The notes beneath the pieces were generated by a model that ran no database searches, was not told the DNA's origin, and saw only the letters and a list, made by a program, of their open reading frames with translations. A program made the position numbers and the translations under genes. A stretch of 63,006 nt of DNA, the filler included. It is 6 parts of 6 records of this genome, joined end to end, with 100 filler letters (N's around TTAATTAATTAA, not from the genome) between each part and the next. Parts side by side here need not be neighbours in the genome. Positions count along the whole stretch, not along the records: positions 46,088 to 49,676 come from SRR20825010_2311; positions 49,777 to 55,267 come from SRR20825010_2313; positions 55,368 to 59,775 come from SRR20825010_2346; positions 59,876 to 63,006 come from SRR20825010_2414; 2 more parts are not named here. One strand, given 5' to 3'. This document shows, piece by piece, positions 48,867 through 59,934 of the stretch (the first letter of the stretch is position 1; the number at the start of each line of letters is the position of its first letter).

Positions 48867-49127
48867 TCGCAACCTCCTGGGGGCGGATGTGTTCCGGTTC
48901 GGAAGAGACGCTATTTTAACACTCGACACCTGTGTAAGTCTATCGCGTAAACGGTTCTTTATGTATCTGGTCGGGAAACTGGGGGCTCGGGTCGTTTTTT
49001 TCAAAAAAACAGGTAACATTCGGGAGGCTTCTTCGCTCAGTAGTTTAGCCGCGGGATTGTCGGGCTCCCCGCGAACTGGAAATCAGAACAAATACGTTTG
49101 ACAGAATCTGAAAGAAAGGGATTCACA

Positions 49128-49676
49128 ATGTGTAACAACTGTAATCTGAATATTGATGCGGATCGGACAGACGAATTCGGCCAGAAACTGCTGCAGATCG
49201 TCAATCACAGTGCGCTGTCCTTCATGCTCTCCATCGGTCACCGGGCCCGGCTGTTTGACATCATGAGTGACATGGAACACGCCACCAGCGAGGCCATCGC
49301 AGAACAGACTGGCCTGGATGAACGTTATGTTCGCGAGTGGCTGGGGGCGATGGTCACCGGCGGAATTATGGAATACGACCCGGTGTTGAAGACTTATTTT
49401 CTGCCTGCCGAACATGCCGCCCTGCTGACACGGGCCGCCGGTTCGAATAATTTTGCCACGACAATGCAGTGGTTTTCCGTGCTTGGTTCCGTGGAAGATC
49501 AGATCGTCGACTGCTTCCGTGAAGGGGGGGGAGTCCCTTATTCCGAGTTCGCCCGCTTCCACGAAGTGATGGCCGAAGAGAGTTATACTTCGGTTGTATG
49601 TGGTCTGTTCGAGCATATTCTGCCACTGGTACCCGGGCTGGAAGACAAGCTGAAAGCCGGCATTGAAGTGCTGGAT
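49128..49676 (+). CDS. wHTH plus class I SAM-dependent methyltransferase (Rv2258c-like), 3' truncated
   Basis: SIGHR..LF, GLDERYVREWL, FREGGGVPY, start of motif I (VLD) at the contig edge. Confidence 0.85.
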
Positions 49677-49776
49677 NNNNNNNNNNNNNNNNNNNNNNNN
49701 NNNNNNNNNNNNNNNNNNNNTTAATTAATTAANNNNNNNNNNNNNNNNNNNNNNNNNNNNNNNNNNNNNNNNNNNN
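49677..49776. other. Artificial contig linker
   Basis: N44-TTAATTAATTAA-N44. Confidence 0.99.
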
Positions 49777-50111
49777 TGGCATGGGCGGCAATTGCGCCGG
49801 GATCGACATAGAGACCACATTTTTTGCTAAAGGGGCATAGCCTGCGATGATCGTTTCCTCGATCTGAAATCCGGGCATCCGCGAGAGCGGGCCTTCCTGA
49901 AAAGGCCATTCGGCAATCGATGCCGGAACAAATTGCGACCCTCTCCCCCCGGTTAGGCAAAAACCGTTGCCGTGCGGCCACACTGGCGGGTAAGAGTGGA
50001 AAAATTCACATAAACGCGCCACAATTGAACGCGATAGCGGTAGGCATCGCGTTTGCGCCCGGACGATGGCGCGCGTCGATTTTTCACGACCATGCTCGAA
50101 AGTGATCTTTG

Positions 50112-52259
50112 ATGGATCTTCGTCTCTCTCCCGATGATCGCGTCGATGGCGGCCCGCAGCGCAAGGCCAGGGGCCAGCGCGCGCAGGCCGGATCAGGCTC
50201 CAATGGGCCCAAGGGTGGCAAACCCCGCCGGCCGCAGAACCGCAAGGTGAAGAAAAAGCGCTCGGGCGGGATGCGGTTTATCGTTGGGTTTGCCTATTTC
50301 TGCTTCACGATGCTGCTTTTGGGCGGCGTCGCGGTGGCCGGAATCGTTGTCTATTACGGGCAGGATCTGGGATCGTCCTCCACTTGGGAAGTGCCCCAGC
50401 GTCCGCCCAATATCCGCGTGCTGGCGTCCAACGGGCAGCTTTTGACCAATCGCGGGCAGACCGGCGGGGAGGCCGTGGGCATTCACGAATTGCCGCCCTA
50501 TGTGGGCCAGGCCGTGGTGGCGAGCGAAGACAGACGCTTTTACAGCCATTTCGGGGTCGATCCGATCGGGCTGGCCTCGGTGGGGATCGAAATGATCCGC
50601 GCGGGCGGCATCACCCGCGGCGCCTCCACCATCACCCAGCAGGTTGCCAAGAATTTGTTTCTGACCCCCGACCAGACGCTTGGCCGCAAGGTGCAGGAAG
50701 CGCTTCTGGCGGTTTGGCTGGAACAGAACTATTCCAAGGACCAGATCCTGGAGCTTTATCTCAACCGCGTGCATTTCGGGTCGGGTTCGACCGGGATCGA
50801 AGCTGCGGCGCAAACCTATTTCGGCATTTCCGCGCGCAATCTCTCGCTGGGTCAGGCGGCCATGCTGGCCGGCATTCTGCCCGCGCCGAGCTATTACAAC
50901 CCGCGCACCCATCCCGACCGGGCCGCCGAGCGGCAGCGGCTGGCGCTGGCCAATATGGTGCGTGAGGGCTACATCACCGAGCAGGAGGCCCAGGCCGCTG
51001 CCCAGAACATGGATGCCAACATCACCACCGAGCGGGTTGCGGGCACCGAATATTACGTCGCGGACTGGGTGGAATCGCTCATGAACGACTATCTGGGCGA
51101 GGTGAACGAGGACGTCGTGGTTTCGACCACGCTGGACTGGGACATGCAAAAGCAGGCCGAATTCGTCATCAAGGAAGCCGTCGCCTCACAGGGCGAGGAC
51201 CTGGACTTTTCCCAGGCGGCCTTTGTGGCCATGGACACCGAAGGCCGGGTGCGTGCCTTGGTGGGCGGGGTCGATTACAGCCAATCGAGCTATAACCGCG
51301 CCGTGACCTCGCGTCGTCAGCCGGGATCGGCCTTCAAGCCCTTTGTCTATCTTGCCGCCCTGCAGCAGGGCTATACGCCCGACACGCTGATGGTGGACGA
51401 GCCGCTCGACTATGAGGGCTGGCAGCCGGAAAACTCCAATGGCCGCTATGTCGGGCCGGTGCTGTTGCGCGACGCGCTGGCCTTTTCCATCAACACGGTA
51501 TCGGCGCGCCTGGCCATCGATATCGGGCCAGAAAATGTGGTGGAGACGGCCTATCGGATGGGCTTTTCCACCAATTTCCAGCCGGTGCCCTCGATCGCGC
51601 TGGGCACTCAGGAAGTCTCGCTGCTCGAGCTGACGAGCGCCTATGCCCCGTTTGCCAATGGCGGTTATGGGGTGGTGCCCAATGTGATCACGCGGATCAC
51701 CACAACCGATGGCGAAGTGCTGTTTGAAGAAACGCCAGCCGGACCGGGCCGTATCCTGACCGATGAGCAGGTGGGCATGATGAACGACATGCTCCAGACC
51801 GGCGTTCAGGCCGGAACGGGCACGCGGGCGCAACTGGGCAACTGGCCGATGGCCGGCAAGACCGGTACGACCCAGCGCAACCGCGACGCGCTATTTGTCG
51901 GTTACACCGCAAGCCTTGTGGGCGGCGTATGGCTGGGCAATGACGACGACACCCCGACCCGGGTGTTCGGCGGACAGATACCGGCCCAGATCTGGCGCGA
52001 CATCATGGCCGAAGCCCATGAGGGCCTGCAGAGCGCGGCGCTGCCTGGCAATTATGTCAAGCTCCAGGACCGCGTGGCGGTGCCGATGCAGGATACCATG
52101 CCGGCGACCGGAACGCCCGTCACGATCGACCAGATCCAGGGTCAGCCGGGTCAGCAGCCTGCCCCGTTGCCCCAACAACAGATCCAGCAGCAGCAGCCCG
52201 TGGCAGTCCCGGCCGATGACGGGATCGGTGGGCTGCTCAACGGGCTGTTTGGCGAGTAG
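50112..52259 (+). CDS. Class A penicillin-binding protein (PBP1A family)
   Basis: EDRRFYSHFGVD, GASTITQQVAKN, RK.QE, SAFK, SIN, KTGT. Confidence 0.95.
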   Translation: MDLRLSPDDRVDGGPQRKARGQRAQAGSGSNGPKGGKPRRPQNRKVKKKRSGGMRFIVGFAYFCFTMLLLGGVAVAGIVVYYGQDLGSSSTWEVPQRPPNIRVLASNGQLLTNRGQTGGEAVGIHELPPYVGQAVVASEDRRFYSHFGVDPIGLASVGIEMIRAGGITRGASTITQQVAKNLFLTPDQTLGRKVQEALLAVWLEQNYSKDQILELYLNRVHFGSGSTGIEAAAQTYFGISARNLSLGQAAMLAGILPAPSYYNPRTHPDRAAERQRLALANMVREGYITEQEAQAAAQNMDANITTERVAGTEYYVADWVESLMNDYLGEVNEDVVVSTTLDWDMQKQAEFVIKEAVASQGEDLDFSQAAFVAMDTEGRVRALVGGVDYSQSSYNRAVTSRRQPGSAFKPFVYLAALQQGYTPDTLMVDEPLDYEGWQPENSNGRYVGPVLLRDALAFSINTVSARLAIDIGPENVVETAYRMGFSTNFQPVPSIALGTQEVSLLELTSAYAPFANGGYGVVPNVITRITTTDGEVLFEETPAGPGRILTDEQVGMMNDMLQTGVQAGTGTRAQLGNWPMAGKTGTTQRNRDALFVGYTASLVGGVWLGNDDDTPTRVFGGQIPAQIWRDIMAEAHEGLQSAALPGNYVKLQDRVAVPMQDTMPATGTPVTIDQIQGQPGQQPAPLPQQQIQQQQPVAVPADDGIGGLLNGLFGE

Positions 52260-52282
52260 GATCGGCAGCGCTGGACGTTTGA

Positions 52283-52313
52283 GAAAGCCCGGGTTTATGC
52301 CCGGGCTTTTTTT
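52283..52313. terminator. Intrinsic terminator between convergent genes
   Basis: aaagcccggg-tttatg-cccgggcttttttt. Confidence 0.85.
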
Positions 52314-52333
52314 GTTGCGGCCTGGGGCGTTGG

Positions 52334-53068
52334 TTAGAGCGCCATCAGCGCTGCGCCATTGGCCTTGAGCCAGGCTTTGGGGCGCTCGTAATGGGGACAC
52401 GTTTTCGCGACGGTGCGCCAGAAGACCGGCCGATGGTTCATTTCGAGAATGTGGGCCACCTCATGGGCGGCGACGTAATCGAGTACCTCGGGCGGGGCGA
52501 GGATCAGGCGCCAGTTGAAATTGAGGCTGCCAGAGGACGAGCACGATCCCCAGCGGGTCGATTGATCGCGCAGGGTGATGGCCGAAACCGTCACGCCCAG
52601 ATTTTGCGCGTGGCGGTTGCAGGCCTTCTCAAGATCGTCGCGGGCCTGTTTCTTGAGCCAGTCTACAAGGCGGCGGCGCATGTGGTCGGGACCGCCGGGC
52701 ACGTGCAATTGTGGCTCGTCCCCCTCGTTGGCGACGGTGACGAGACCGCGCAGCCCGCTGAGGCCGACCAGGCGGTGGGGGCTGCCGCGCAGGGGAATGA
52801 TGGCGCCGGGGGCGAGTGCGTAAGGGCTCTGGATGCGGCTGAGCCGGGCGGACAGCCAGCCGGTGTTGCGCTCGAGAAAGGCTTGTGCCTCGGGCCAGCG
52901 CCCGCCGCGCGGCACAGTCAGAACCGGCTCTCCCCGCGCCGAAACGCTCAAGCGATAGGACCGGGCCCGGGCGTTGACCCGCACGGCTACTGTAACCGGA
53001 CCGGACGCCATGACGAGCTCGGTCGTTTCAGGGATCGCGGTGCGGGCAAAAAGGCGGGGCAGCCCCAT
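52334..53068 (-). CDS. YgjP/DUF45 (M48/SprT-like) metallohydrolase
   Basis: RWGSCS, LNFNWRL, YVAAHEVAH..EMNH...FW. Confidence 0.9.
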   Translation of the reverse strand: MGLPRLFARTAIPETTELVMASGPVTVAVRVNARARSYRLSVSARGEPVLTVPRGGRWPEAQAFLERNTGWLSARLSRIQSPYALAPGAIIPLRGSPHRLVGLSGLRGLVTVANEGDEPQLHVPGGPDHMRRRLVDWLKKQARDDLEKACNRHAQNLGVTVSAITLRDQSTRWGSCSSSGSLNFNWRLILAPPEVLDYVAAHEVAHILEMNHRPVFWRTVAKTCPHYERPKAWLKANGAALMAL

Positions 53069-53353
53069 CCATTGTCTCTTTGGCAGAAAAGGGAATCGGG
53101 GCGCCATTATGCAGGCTGGCCGGGCTGACAAAACAAAAAAGAAGCGGCACGTCGGAAAGGAGCGTGCCGCTTCTTATCGTATCGCGCTTTTGGACAGGCG
53201 GAGGCGGCCTGTTTTTCAAAACGCGATCAAAGGGTGCCTTGGGCGGAGGCGGCCCAAGGCGCGGCCGGGGACCAAAGGGAGGGGGAACAATCCACCGGCC
53301 GAAGGGAGCTCTTGAGGGCGATCACCGGCCCCTAGGCCGGCGATCTGTCTGGT

Positions 53354-53797
53354 TTAGTACCCCTGACGCTCGCCGCCATCGTCATTGCGGTTGTCGTCGT
53401 GGCGGGGGGCATTGCGGTCCCGCATGAAGCGGTCGAACTCTTCGCGATCACGCGCCTTGCGCAGATTGGCGAGGTGTTCTTCGAATGCCTGGCGGTCTTC
53501 TTCGAGTTTGCGGCGTTCCTCGTCGAGGCGCTTGAGCTGTTCGTCGCGATACTCGTCGAAGGCGGCATTGCCGGTGGCCGAAGCGCGATAGTGGCGCGGG
53601 CCACAGCCGCGGGATTTGAAGTTTGACTTCTGGCCGGCGATCCAGCTTTCAGCCTTTTCACGGCTGCCGCCCATATATTCGCCCCATAAAATGTAGGCGA
53701 GGACGGCCATGCCTAGCGGCCAGAAGATGATAAAGCCCAGAACCATCAAAGCGATGGTTAGCGGGGACCATGCGGGTTTGATAATTGCACTGTTCAT
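53354..53797 (-). CDS. DUF2852 family protein
   Basis: IALMVLGF..FWPLG, TGNAAFDEYR, LRKARDREEFDRFM. Confidence 0.9.
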   Translation of the reverse strand: MNSAIIKPAWSPLTIALMVLGFIIFWPLGMAVLAYILWGEYMGGSREKAESWIAGQKSNFKSRGCGPRHYRASATGNAAFDEYRDEQLKRLDEERRKLEEDRQAFEEHLANLRKARDREEFDRFMRDRNAPRHDDNRNDDGGERQGY

Positions 53798-53931
53798 GTT
53801 GCGGTCTCTCCAGTCTCGAACACAACAAAATTTGGGGTCGCCGGCGCCCGCATCAAGGGTTAGCGCATAAATTTATCGCTCTTGAAAACTGATATAGAGT
53901 GCCCATAGACCCGCCCGGAGAGACAAAAAAA

Positions 53932-55267
53932 ATGAGCGAAATCACACAGTCCAGCGCTCCGGCGCCGGCGCGCAGCGCCAATCCCATGCGGCTTGAAACG
54001 CTCGTGCTTTTGCGCTGGCTGGCCATTTCGGGCCAGCTGATCACCGTTGTGGTCGTGCGCTACGGGCTGGGCTACGACGTGCCGCTGGGGGCGTGCCTGT
54101 TGCTGATCGCGCTTTCGGTGCTGGTCAATGCGGGGCTGTTGATCCGCTACGGGCCGGGTCACCGGCCCTCGACCCGGCTGGCATTCCTGCAGCTTGCCTA
54201 TGACAGTCTGCAACTCGGAGGGCTGCTTTATCTCACCGGCGGGCTGGGCAATCCGTTTGCCATATTGCTGCTCGCACCGGTTTCGGTTTCCGCTTCGACG
54301 CTGGCTTCGCGCGAAACGATCTGGGTGGGCACGCTGGTCATTGCGATCGCCAGCGCGCTGGCCTTGTTTCATATGCCCTTGCCGTGGATCGAAGGGGCCA
54401 GTTTCGAGCCGCCACGCATCTATCTCACCGGGGTGTGGATTGCGATCCTGTGCGCTGTGGGGTTTGTCGCCGGGTACACCAACAAGGTGGCTCATGAAGC
54501 CCGCCAGCTTGTCGATGCGCTGACCATCACCGAGTTGGCCCTGTCGCGCCAGCAACAGCTTTCGGCGCTCGACGGGCTGGCGGCGGCCGCCGCCCATGAG
54601 CTGGGCACCCCGCTGGCCACCATTGCGCTGGCGGCCAAGGAAATCCGGCGCGACCATGGGGAAGGGGAGCTGGCCGAAGATCTCGATCTCATCATGGATC
54701 AGGTGGCGCGCTGCCGGGCGATATTGGGAAAATTGCGAAACCTGCGGCCATCGGGATCGGACCTTTTCGACAGCGCGACACTGTCCGACATCGTCGCCGA
54801 GCTGGCCAAGGCCCATGAAGGGCCAGCGCTGGTCGAGGGCAAATCGATCAATCTGGCCCAGACCCGGGCTGAGCAGGACGAGCCGGTGATCGCGCGCAAT
54901 GTGGCGCTGCTCTACGGGCTGGGCAATCTGATCGAAAATGCCGTGCAGTTCGCAAAGGTTGAGGTGACGATTCGGGCCGTCTGGGACGGGCGGCGGGTGA
55001 TGATCGCCATCATGGACGACGGACCGGGATTTCCGCCGGACCTTTTAAGCCGGCTCGGGGAACCCTATCTGACAACAAGGACGAAAGACCGGTTCGATCC
55101 GCGCCAACCCGATGGCGGGGGCGGACTGGGGCTGGGCGTGTTCATTGCCAAGACGCTTCTGGAGCGGACCGGCGCGACGCTCAAATTCTTCAATGCCCGG
55201 GCAAACGGGCATGCCTGTGTGGAAATCAGCTGGCCGCGTGACACCCTGGTCCGAAATGCCGCACGCG
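53932..55267 (+). CDS. regB: Redox-sensing histidine kinase (RegB/PrrB/ActS), runs to the contig edge
   Basis: RL.TL..LRW, TGGLGNPF quinone-binding motif, AAHELGTPL.TI, Q..RC. Confidence 0.92.
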
Positions 55268-55367
55268 NNNNNNNNNNNNNNNNNNNNNNNNNNNNNNNNN
55301 NNNNNNNNNNNTTAATTAATTAANNNNNNNNNNNNNNNNNNNNNNNNNNNNNNNNNNNNNNNNNNNN
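55268..55367. other. Artificial contig linker
   Basis: N44-TTAATTAATTAA-N44. Confidence 0.99.
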
Positions 55368-56253
55368 CGCGCACCGCCTCGTCCAGGGCGAGCGGAACAG
55401 ATGCGGCGGAAGTATTGCCATGTTTATCGACAGTTAGGACAACTTTCTCAGGATCGAGTTTAAGTTTTCGCCCCGTCCCGTCGATAATCCGCTTGTTCGC
55501 CTGATGCGGCACCAGCCAGTCAATATCGTCTGTCGTCAGGCCGGTGGCCGCCATCGCTTCATGAACGACGCTGGCAAGATTGTTGACCGCATGGCGGAAC
55601 ACCTCCCGCCCCTCCATCCGGAGATAGCCGGTCGTCTGGGTCGAGGACGGGCCGCCATCGACATAGAGAAGATCGTGTTTTTCGCCGTCCGAATGCAGAT
55701 GGCTGGTAAGAATGCCGCGATCGTCGGAGGTGCCCGCGCCGTCCTCTGCTTCCAGGATAACCGCGCCCGCGCCGTCGGCAAAAAGCACGCAGGTCGTGCG
55801 GTCTTCCCAGTCGAGAATGCGCGAGAAGGTTTCCGCGCCGATGACCAGCGCGCGGGACACCTGGCCCGATTTCACAAAATTATCCGCCGTCGCCAGCGCG
55901 TAGAGGAAACCTGTACAGACAGCCTGGATATCAAAGGCAAAACCCCCGGTCATGCCGAGGTTCTTCTGCACCACCGTCGCGGTCGCGGGGAAGGTTTCGT
56001 CCGGCGTCGCGGTGGCCAGCACGATCAGATCGATATCATCGGGCGTCAGCCCCGCCATCTCCAGCGCCGCTTTCGCCGCATGGGTTGCGAGATCGGAGGT
56101 TAGCTCCCCCTCCGCCGCGATATGCCGTTGCCTGATGCCGGACCGGGCGACGATCCATTCATCCGTCGTGTCCACCATCTGGGAAAGTTCGTCATTCGTA
56201 AGAATACGTTTGGGAAGGTAGGACCCGGTGGCGGTAATAACTGAGCGACGCAT
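55368..56253 (-). CDS. fabH: 3-oxoacyl-ACP synthase III, 3' truncated
   Basis: AVCTGF, PHQAN, GNTSAAS catalytic motifs. Confidence 0.96.
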
Positions 56254-56265
56254 GTACTTCCTGTT

Positions 56266-57411
56266 CTATCCGGCATCTTCAACGGTGCCGGAGGCTTGAT
56301 CTGTGTTCTTGATGGGCCGGGATGCCGAGGTGGCGGATTGCTGTTCTTCCTCATCCTCGTCAGGCGTGGCTGTATTATTACTCATTTTTGCAGCCATATC
56401 AAAGGTCTCGAAATTATTGCGCATTTTATCGATCATGTCATCGGAAACCATCTCAACGGCCACCCCGATGGCATTGGCGAAGCCCATCGCGTCGGTGCCG
56501 CCATGGCTTTTCACGCAAAGACCGTTGAGGCCCAGAAGAACGCCGCCGTTATACATGCGCGGATCCAGCCGCTCTTTCAGGACATTCAGCCCGCCGCGCG
56601 AGAAGATATAGCCGATGCGGGCGAGAAGGGAGCTTCGAAAGCCCGCGCGGAGGAAATCGGTAAACAGCCGCACCACCCCTTCGGCAGTCTTCAGCGCCAC
56701 ATTGCCGGTAAATCCGTCAGTCACAATCACATCGACGACACCACGGGTGATATCGTCGCCCTCAACAAAACCCTGATATTCAAAGGGCGGATGCTCGATG
56801 GATTTAAGGCGCTCCCCTGCTTCCTTGATGGTGTCACTGCCTTTAAGTTCCTCGATCCCGACATTGAGAAGGGCAACGCGCGGCGGCACTCGGCCCAGCA
56901 CGGCGCGGGCGAATTCAGCCCCCATAAAAGCGAATTGCACGAGGTTATCGGCGTCGCACTCGACATTGGCGCCGAGATCGAGCATGACCGTCTCCCCCCG
57001 AGGAGAGGGCAGCACGGACGCAATCGCCGGCCGGTCGATCCCCGCCATCATCCGGAGCGAGACTTTCGCCATCGCCATCAGCGCGCCGGTATTACCGGCG
57101 GAGACAATCGCCCCGGCCTCGCCCGAACGCACGGAATCGATCGCAAGACGCATGCTGCTCTTGCGGCCCTTGCGAAGCGCCTGACTTGGTTTGTCTTCGG
57201 ATTTGACGGCCTCATCCGTATGGCGCAGCTCGCACGCGGCGCGCACCCCGGGATAGGCCTTCAGGAGCGGTTCCAGCCGCGCCTCATCGCCGAACAGAAG
57301 AAAACGGGCCTTGGGAAACTGCACACGGACAATGTCGATGCCCTTAATCACGATGTCGGGAGCATCATCCCCCCCCATCGCATCAAGAGCAATGACAATA
57401 TTCTCAGGCAT
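56266..57411 (-). CDS. plsX: Phosphate acyltransferase
   Basis: IALDAMGGD, SAGNTGA, DLGAN, DGFTGN, KSHG. Confidence 0.96.
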   Translation of the reverse strand: MPENIVIALDAMGGDDAPDIVIKGIDIVRVQFPKARFLLFGDEARLEPLLKAYPGVRAACELRHTDEAVKSEDKPSQALRKGRKSSMRLAIDSVRSGEAGAIVSAGNTGALMAMAKVSLRMMAGIDRPAIASVLPSPRGETVMLDLGANVECDADNLVQFAFMGAEFARAVLGRVPPRVALLNVGIEELKGSDTIKEAGERLKSIEHPPFEYQGFVEGDDITRGVVDVIVTDGFTGNVALKTAEGVVRLFTDFLRAGFRSSLLARIGYIFSRGGLNVLKERLDPRMYNGGVLLGLNGLCVKSHGGTDAMGFANAIGVAVEMVSDDMIDKMRNNFETFDMAAKMSNNTATPDEDEEEQQSATSASRPIKNTDQASGTVEDAG

Positions 57412-57452
57412 ATTTCTGTCCGGTCCCGGCCATCCTAATCAGCAAACGCCGA

Positions 57453-57638
57453 TTAGAGGATGTCGCTCGTTTCCAGAATTTCGCGGTCACCATAATGGCC
57501 ACATGAACCGCAAATATGATGGGCGCGCTTCATTTCGCCGCAGTTCGGGCATTCCTGCGTCTGCGTGCCGACAAGCGCATCATGCGACCGGCGCATGTTA
57601 CGTTTGGATTTGGTGGTCTTTCTCTTTGGTACTGCCAT
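57453..57638 (-). CDS. rpmF: 50S ribosomal protein L32 (CxxC-CxxC form)
   Basis: [25 protein letters not shown]. Confidence 0.97.
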   Translation of the reverse strand: MAVPKRKTTKSKRNMRRSHDALVGTQTQECPNCGEMKRAHHICGSCGHYGDREILETSDIL

Positions 57639-57722
57639 TTTTCCAGTCTCTCACTTCAGATGCCCTTACGTCAGGGCGACAATATAAATTACATCGATAT
57701 GAGATAGCGTTATGCCTTCATA

Positions 57723-58313
57723 TCACTTCTTGCTCATCAAGTCCTTCAAATTTGCAAAGGGTTGGTGTGTCCCCTGCTCCTTCTTCACCTGATCCAGGTC
57801 TAACTCTTCTTCTTCCGCCGGTTCCGGCAGGTCCGCCCGCCGCGGATAGGGCTCCAGCGCCAACGCAACCTGCTCCGACACCATAGCCAGCAGATCAATC
57901 CGGCCCCCGACGATCAATTCCGGCGGGTCCGGTTCTTCCAGCCCGACAACCTTGTCCAGATCCTCAATCTCGAGGTCTTCCGGATCGAAGGTGTAGAACA
58001 CCGTAAATTCCTCGTCAATCGCCTGCTCCACCGGGTCCAGCGACACGACGCAGGCCTGAACCGCCGTCGCCCGAAGCCGCCCGGTCACCACCACCTGGCC
58101 ATTTTTACCCTGGCGAACCAGCGATCCGCTTGCCTTAACACCGGAAAGCGCCAGAATATCCAGCGACGTTACAATCGCCTCGCACTCCGCCTCGGTCACC
58201 TGAATATCGAAGCTCATGGGCTCCCGCCCGAGACGCTCGACATTGATCAACCGAGCGGTTTTACCCCCGGCACCCTTCATGGCGACATTTCCTTCCAAAA
58301 CCAGCCCATGCAT
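57723..58313 (-). CDS. DUF177/YceD family protein (start may be downstream, e.g. 58280)
   Basis: QACVVSLDP, IDL..EQ.ALAL.PYPR, PFANLK; upstream of rpmF. Confidence 0.88.
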   Translation of the reverse strand: MHGLVLEGNVAMKGAGGKTARLINVERLGREPMSFDIQVTEAECEAIVTSLDILALSGVKASGSLVRQGKNGQVVVTGRLRATAVQACVVSLDPVEQAIDEEFTVFYTFDPEDLEIEDLDKVVGLEEPDPPELIVGGRIDLLAMVSEQVALALEPYPRRADLPEPAEEEELDLDQVKKEQGTHQPFANLKDLMSKK

Positions 58314-58462
58314 AACCGACCGGCGTCATTCCGTCGGGCATGTGATTCGAAGGCGCGAAAATACTGGTTTCGATGCATATGGTCAACGGATTTTGTTATT
58401 TCCCGAAAATGGCGTGTTCCCGCCCGCGAAACAAGAAGAAAATTCAATAAAATCAATGCCGG

Positions 58463-59008
58463 TTACCGGGGCAAAAACCCGCCGAAATCCGCGCGTCCCT
58501 GCATCAGCACATCGACCCCCTGCCCTTTGAGTCGCATATCCGCGGCCCGCATATAGCCCGCGAGCGCCGCCACGGCCTCCGCCGGGACATCCTCAACCGT
58601 GCCGTAATGGTTCCGGAGGAGTGCCTCCTCCAGCGTTTCCGCCCCCTCCCCGTCGAGGGCAGAATCATACGCCGCGACACGGCCATAGAAGGCCTTGGCC
58701 ATTTTCTTGATATGCTTGCCGACGCTGAGATCGCCGATACCGATTTCGCGCAAAGATTGGTCCATATCCGCGAACATCTCGTCGAACAGCGCCTGGGAGA
58801 GCTTTTGCGCCTGCTTTCCCCCTCCCTTCAACTGACGCATGATCAGGAAGGCATGAAGCGAAATCATCTCAAACCGGCCATCAACCGTGTCAGGGACCGC
58901 CGCCACCTCGTAAAAGGCGGGGATGCGCGACTGGCGGACGATTTCCGCATAAAGATCCGCCGCCGGGCGTTCCAGCGGATTGCGGCGAAAGAAATTTGCT
59001 AGCCCCAC
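58463..59008 (-). CDS. Ubiquinol-cytochrome c chaperone (Cbp3 family)
   Basis: VPDTVDGRFEM..LH, DMD.SLRE.G.GD.SV, AFYGR..AY; GTG start. Confidence 0.9.
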   Translation of the reverse strand: MGLANFFRRNPLERPAADLYAEIVRQSRIPAFYEVAAVPDTVDGRFEMISLHAFLIMRQLKGGGKQAQKLSQALFDEMFADMDQSLREIGIGDLSVGKHIKKMAKAFYGRVAAYDSALDGEGAETLEEALLRNHYGTVEDVPAEAVAALAGYMRAADMRLKGQGVDVLMQGRADFGGFLPR

Positions 59009-59171
59009 GCGATTCCTCCCGCTAATCCGGCATATATTCGCTTTTTCATCACCATCGCCGCCGCGCCCTCAAGAAAATTTGACATTTGCCGAGCGGCAAG
59101 CCATTTATTACCCTTGAGTTACGCATTTCACGGCGTTTAGTCAACTGAAAGCCACGCCGGAGCAAGGAACC

Positions 59172-59621
59172 ATGAAACGATTGAAGACCGGGCTTTCCAT
59201 TGCCGTTGTCGGCCTCGCGCTCACCGCCTGTGAGCCGATCAAGACAAATCAGGGCTATCGCCTCGACCCTGAACAGCTCGCCCAGATCGAAGCGGGCGTG
59301 ACCAACAAGGATTCGGTGCAGGCCATCATGGGTTCCCCCTCCAGCATCGCCACCTTCCAGACCGAGGGCGATGCCTGGTACTATATCAGCAGCAAGACGG
59401 AACATCTCGCCTTCTTCGCCAAGGAAGTGACCGAACGCGACATTGTGATCGTCAAGTTCGACATCAATGACGTGGTCGCCGAGGTCAAGGACCTGAATAA
59501 GGAAGACGGGCAGGAGATTGAGGTTGTCGAGCGGGAAACCCCGACCGGCGGACGCAAGCTTGGCCTGCTGGAACAGCTGTTTGGCAACCTTGGCCGGTTC
59601 AACAGCTCTGGCGAGCAATAA
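59172..59621 (+). CDS. bamE: Outer membrane protein assembly lipoprotein
   Basis: Lipobox LTAC, G.PS, WYYI, V.FD. Confidence 0.9.
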   Translation: MKRLKTGLSIAVVGLALTACEPIKTNQGYRLDPEQLAQIEAGVTNKDSVQAIMGSPSSIATFQTEGDAWYYISSKTEHLAFFAKEVTERDIVIVKFDINDVVAEVKDLNKEDGQEIEVVERETPTGGRKLGLLEQLFGNLGRFNSSGEQ

Positions 59622-59655
59622 CGCCGCCCGTCCCGCTTTTACCTTTACGCGCATG

Positions 59656-59690
59656 AAAAAACCCCCGGCCGGAACCGGGGGTTTTCTTTT
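59656..59690. terminator. Bidirectional intrinsic terminator
   Basis: aaaaaacccccgg-ccggaa-ccgggggtttt between convergent genes. Confidence 0.85.
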
Positions 59691-59709
59691 GGGCTTTGAC
59701 TGCTCTGGC

Positions 59710-59775
59710 TTAGTGCGCCATCGCCGCCAGCAACAGAAGCGCGATGATGTTCGTGATCTTGATCATCGGGTTGAC
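59710..59775 (-). CDS. hppA: C-terminal fragment of a membrane-bound H+/Na+-translocating pyrophosphatase
   Basis: Minus strand reads VNPMIKITNIIALLLLAAMAH*, matching the conserved HppA C-terminus; absent from the ORF track. Confidence 0.8.
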   Translation of the reverse strand, partial: VNPMIKITNIIALLLLAAMAH

Positions 59776-59875
59776 NNNNNNNNNNNNNNNNNNNNNNNNN
59801 NNNNNNNNNNNNNNNNNNNTTAATTAATTAANNNNNNNNNNNNNNNNNNNNNNNNNNNNNNNNNNNNNNNNNNNN
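59776..59875. other. Artificial contig linker
   Basis: N44-TTAATTAATTAA-N44. Confidence 0.99.
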
Positions 59876-59921
59876 TGGTGCCGCTGTTGTTACCCAGTGC
59901 GGAAGTTACATCAATTGTCAT
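59876..59921 (-). CDS. flgD: Probable N-terminal fragment of the hook cap protein
   Basis: MTIDVTSALGNNSGT after an AGGAG RBS directly downstream of flgC; assigned by gene order only. Confidence 0.55.
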
Positions 59922-59934
59922 TCTTCATTTCTCC

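Noticed and set aside
49777-49878. Possible N-terminus MPGFQIEETIIAGYAPLAKNVVSMSIPAQLPPMP on the minus strand
   Set aside because: Cut by the contig edge and too short to assign
52130-52200. CAG-rich tract at the PBP1A 3' end
   Set aside because: Ordinary Gln/Pro low-complexity tail
26417-59875. Five identical TTAATTAATTAA motifs flanked by Ns, with sharp GC shifts
   Set aside because: Artificial six-frame-stop linkers; not repeats, att sites or island boundaries, so no cross-contig linkage can be inferred
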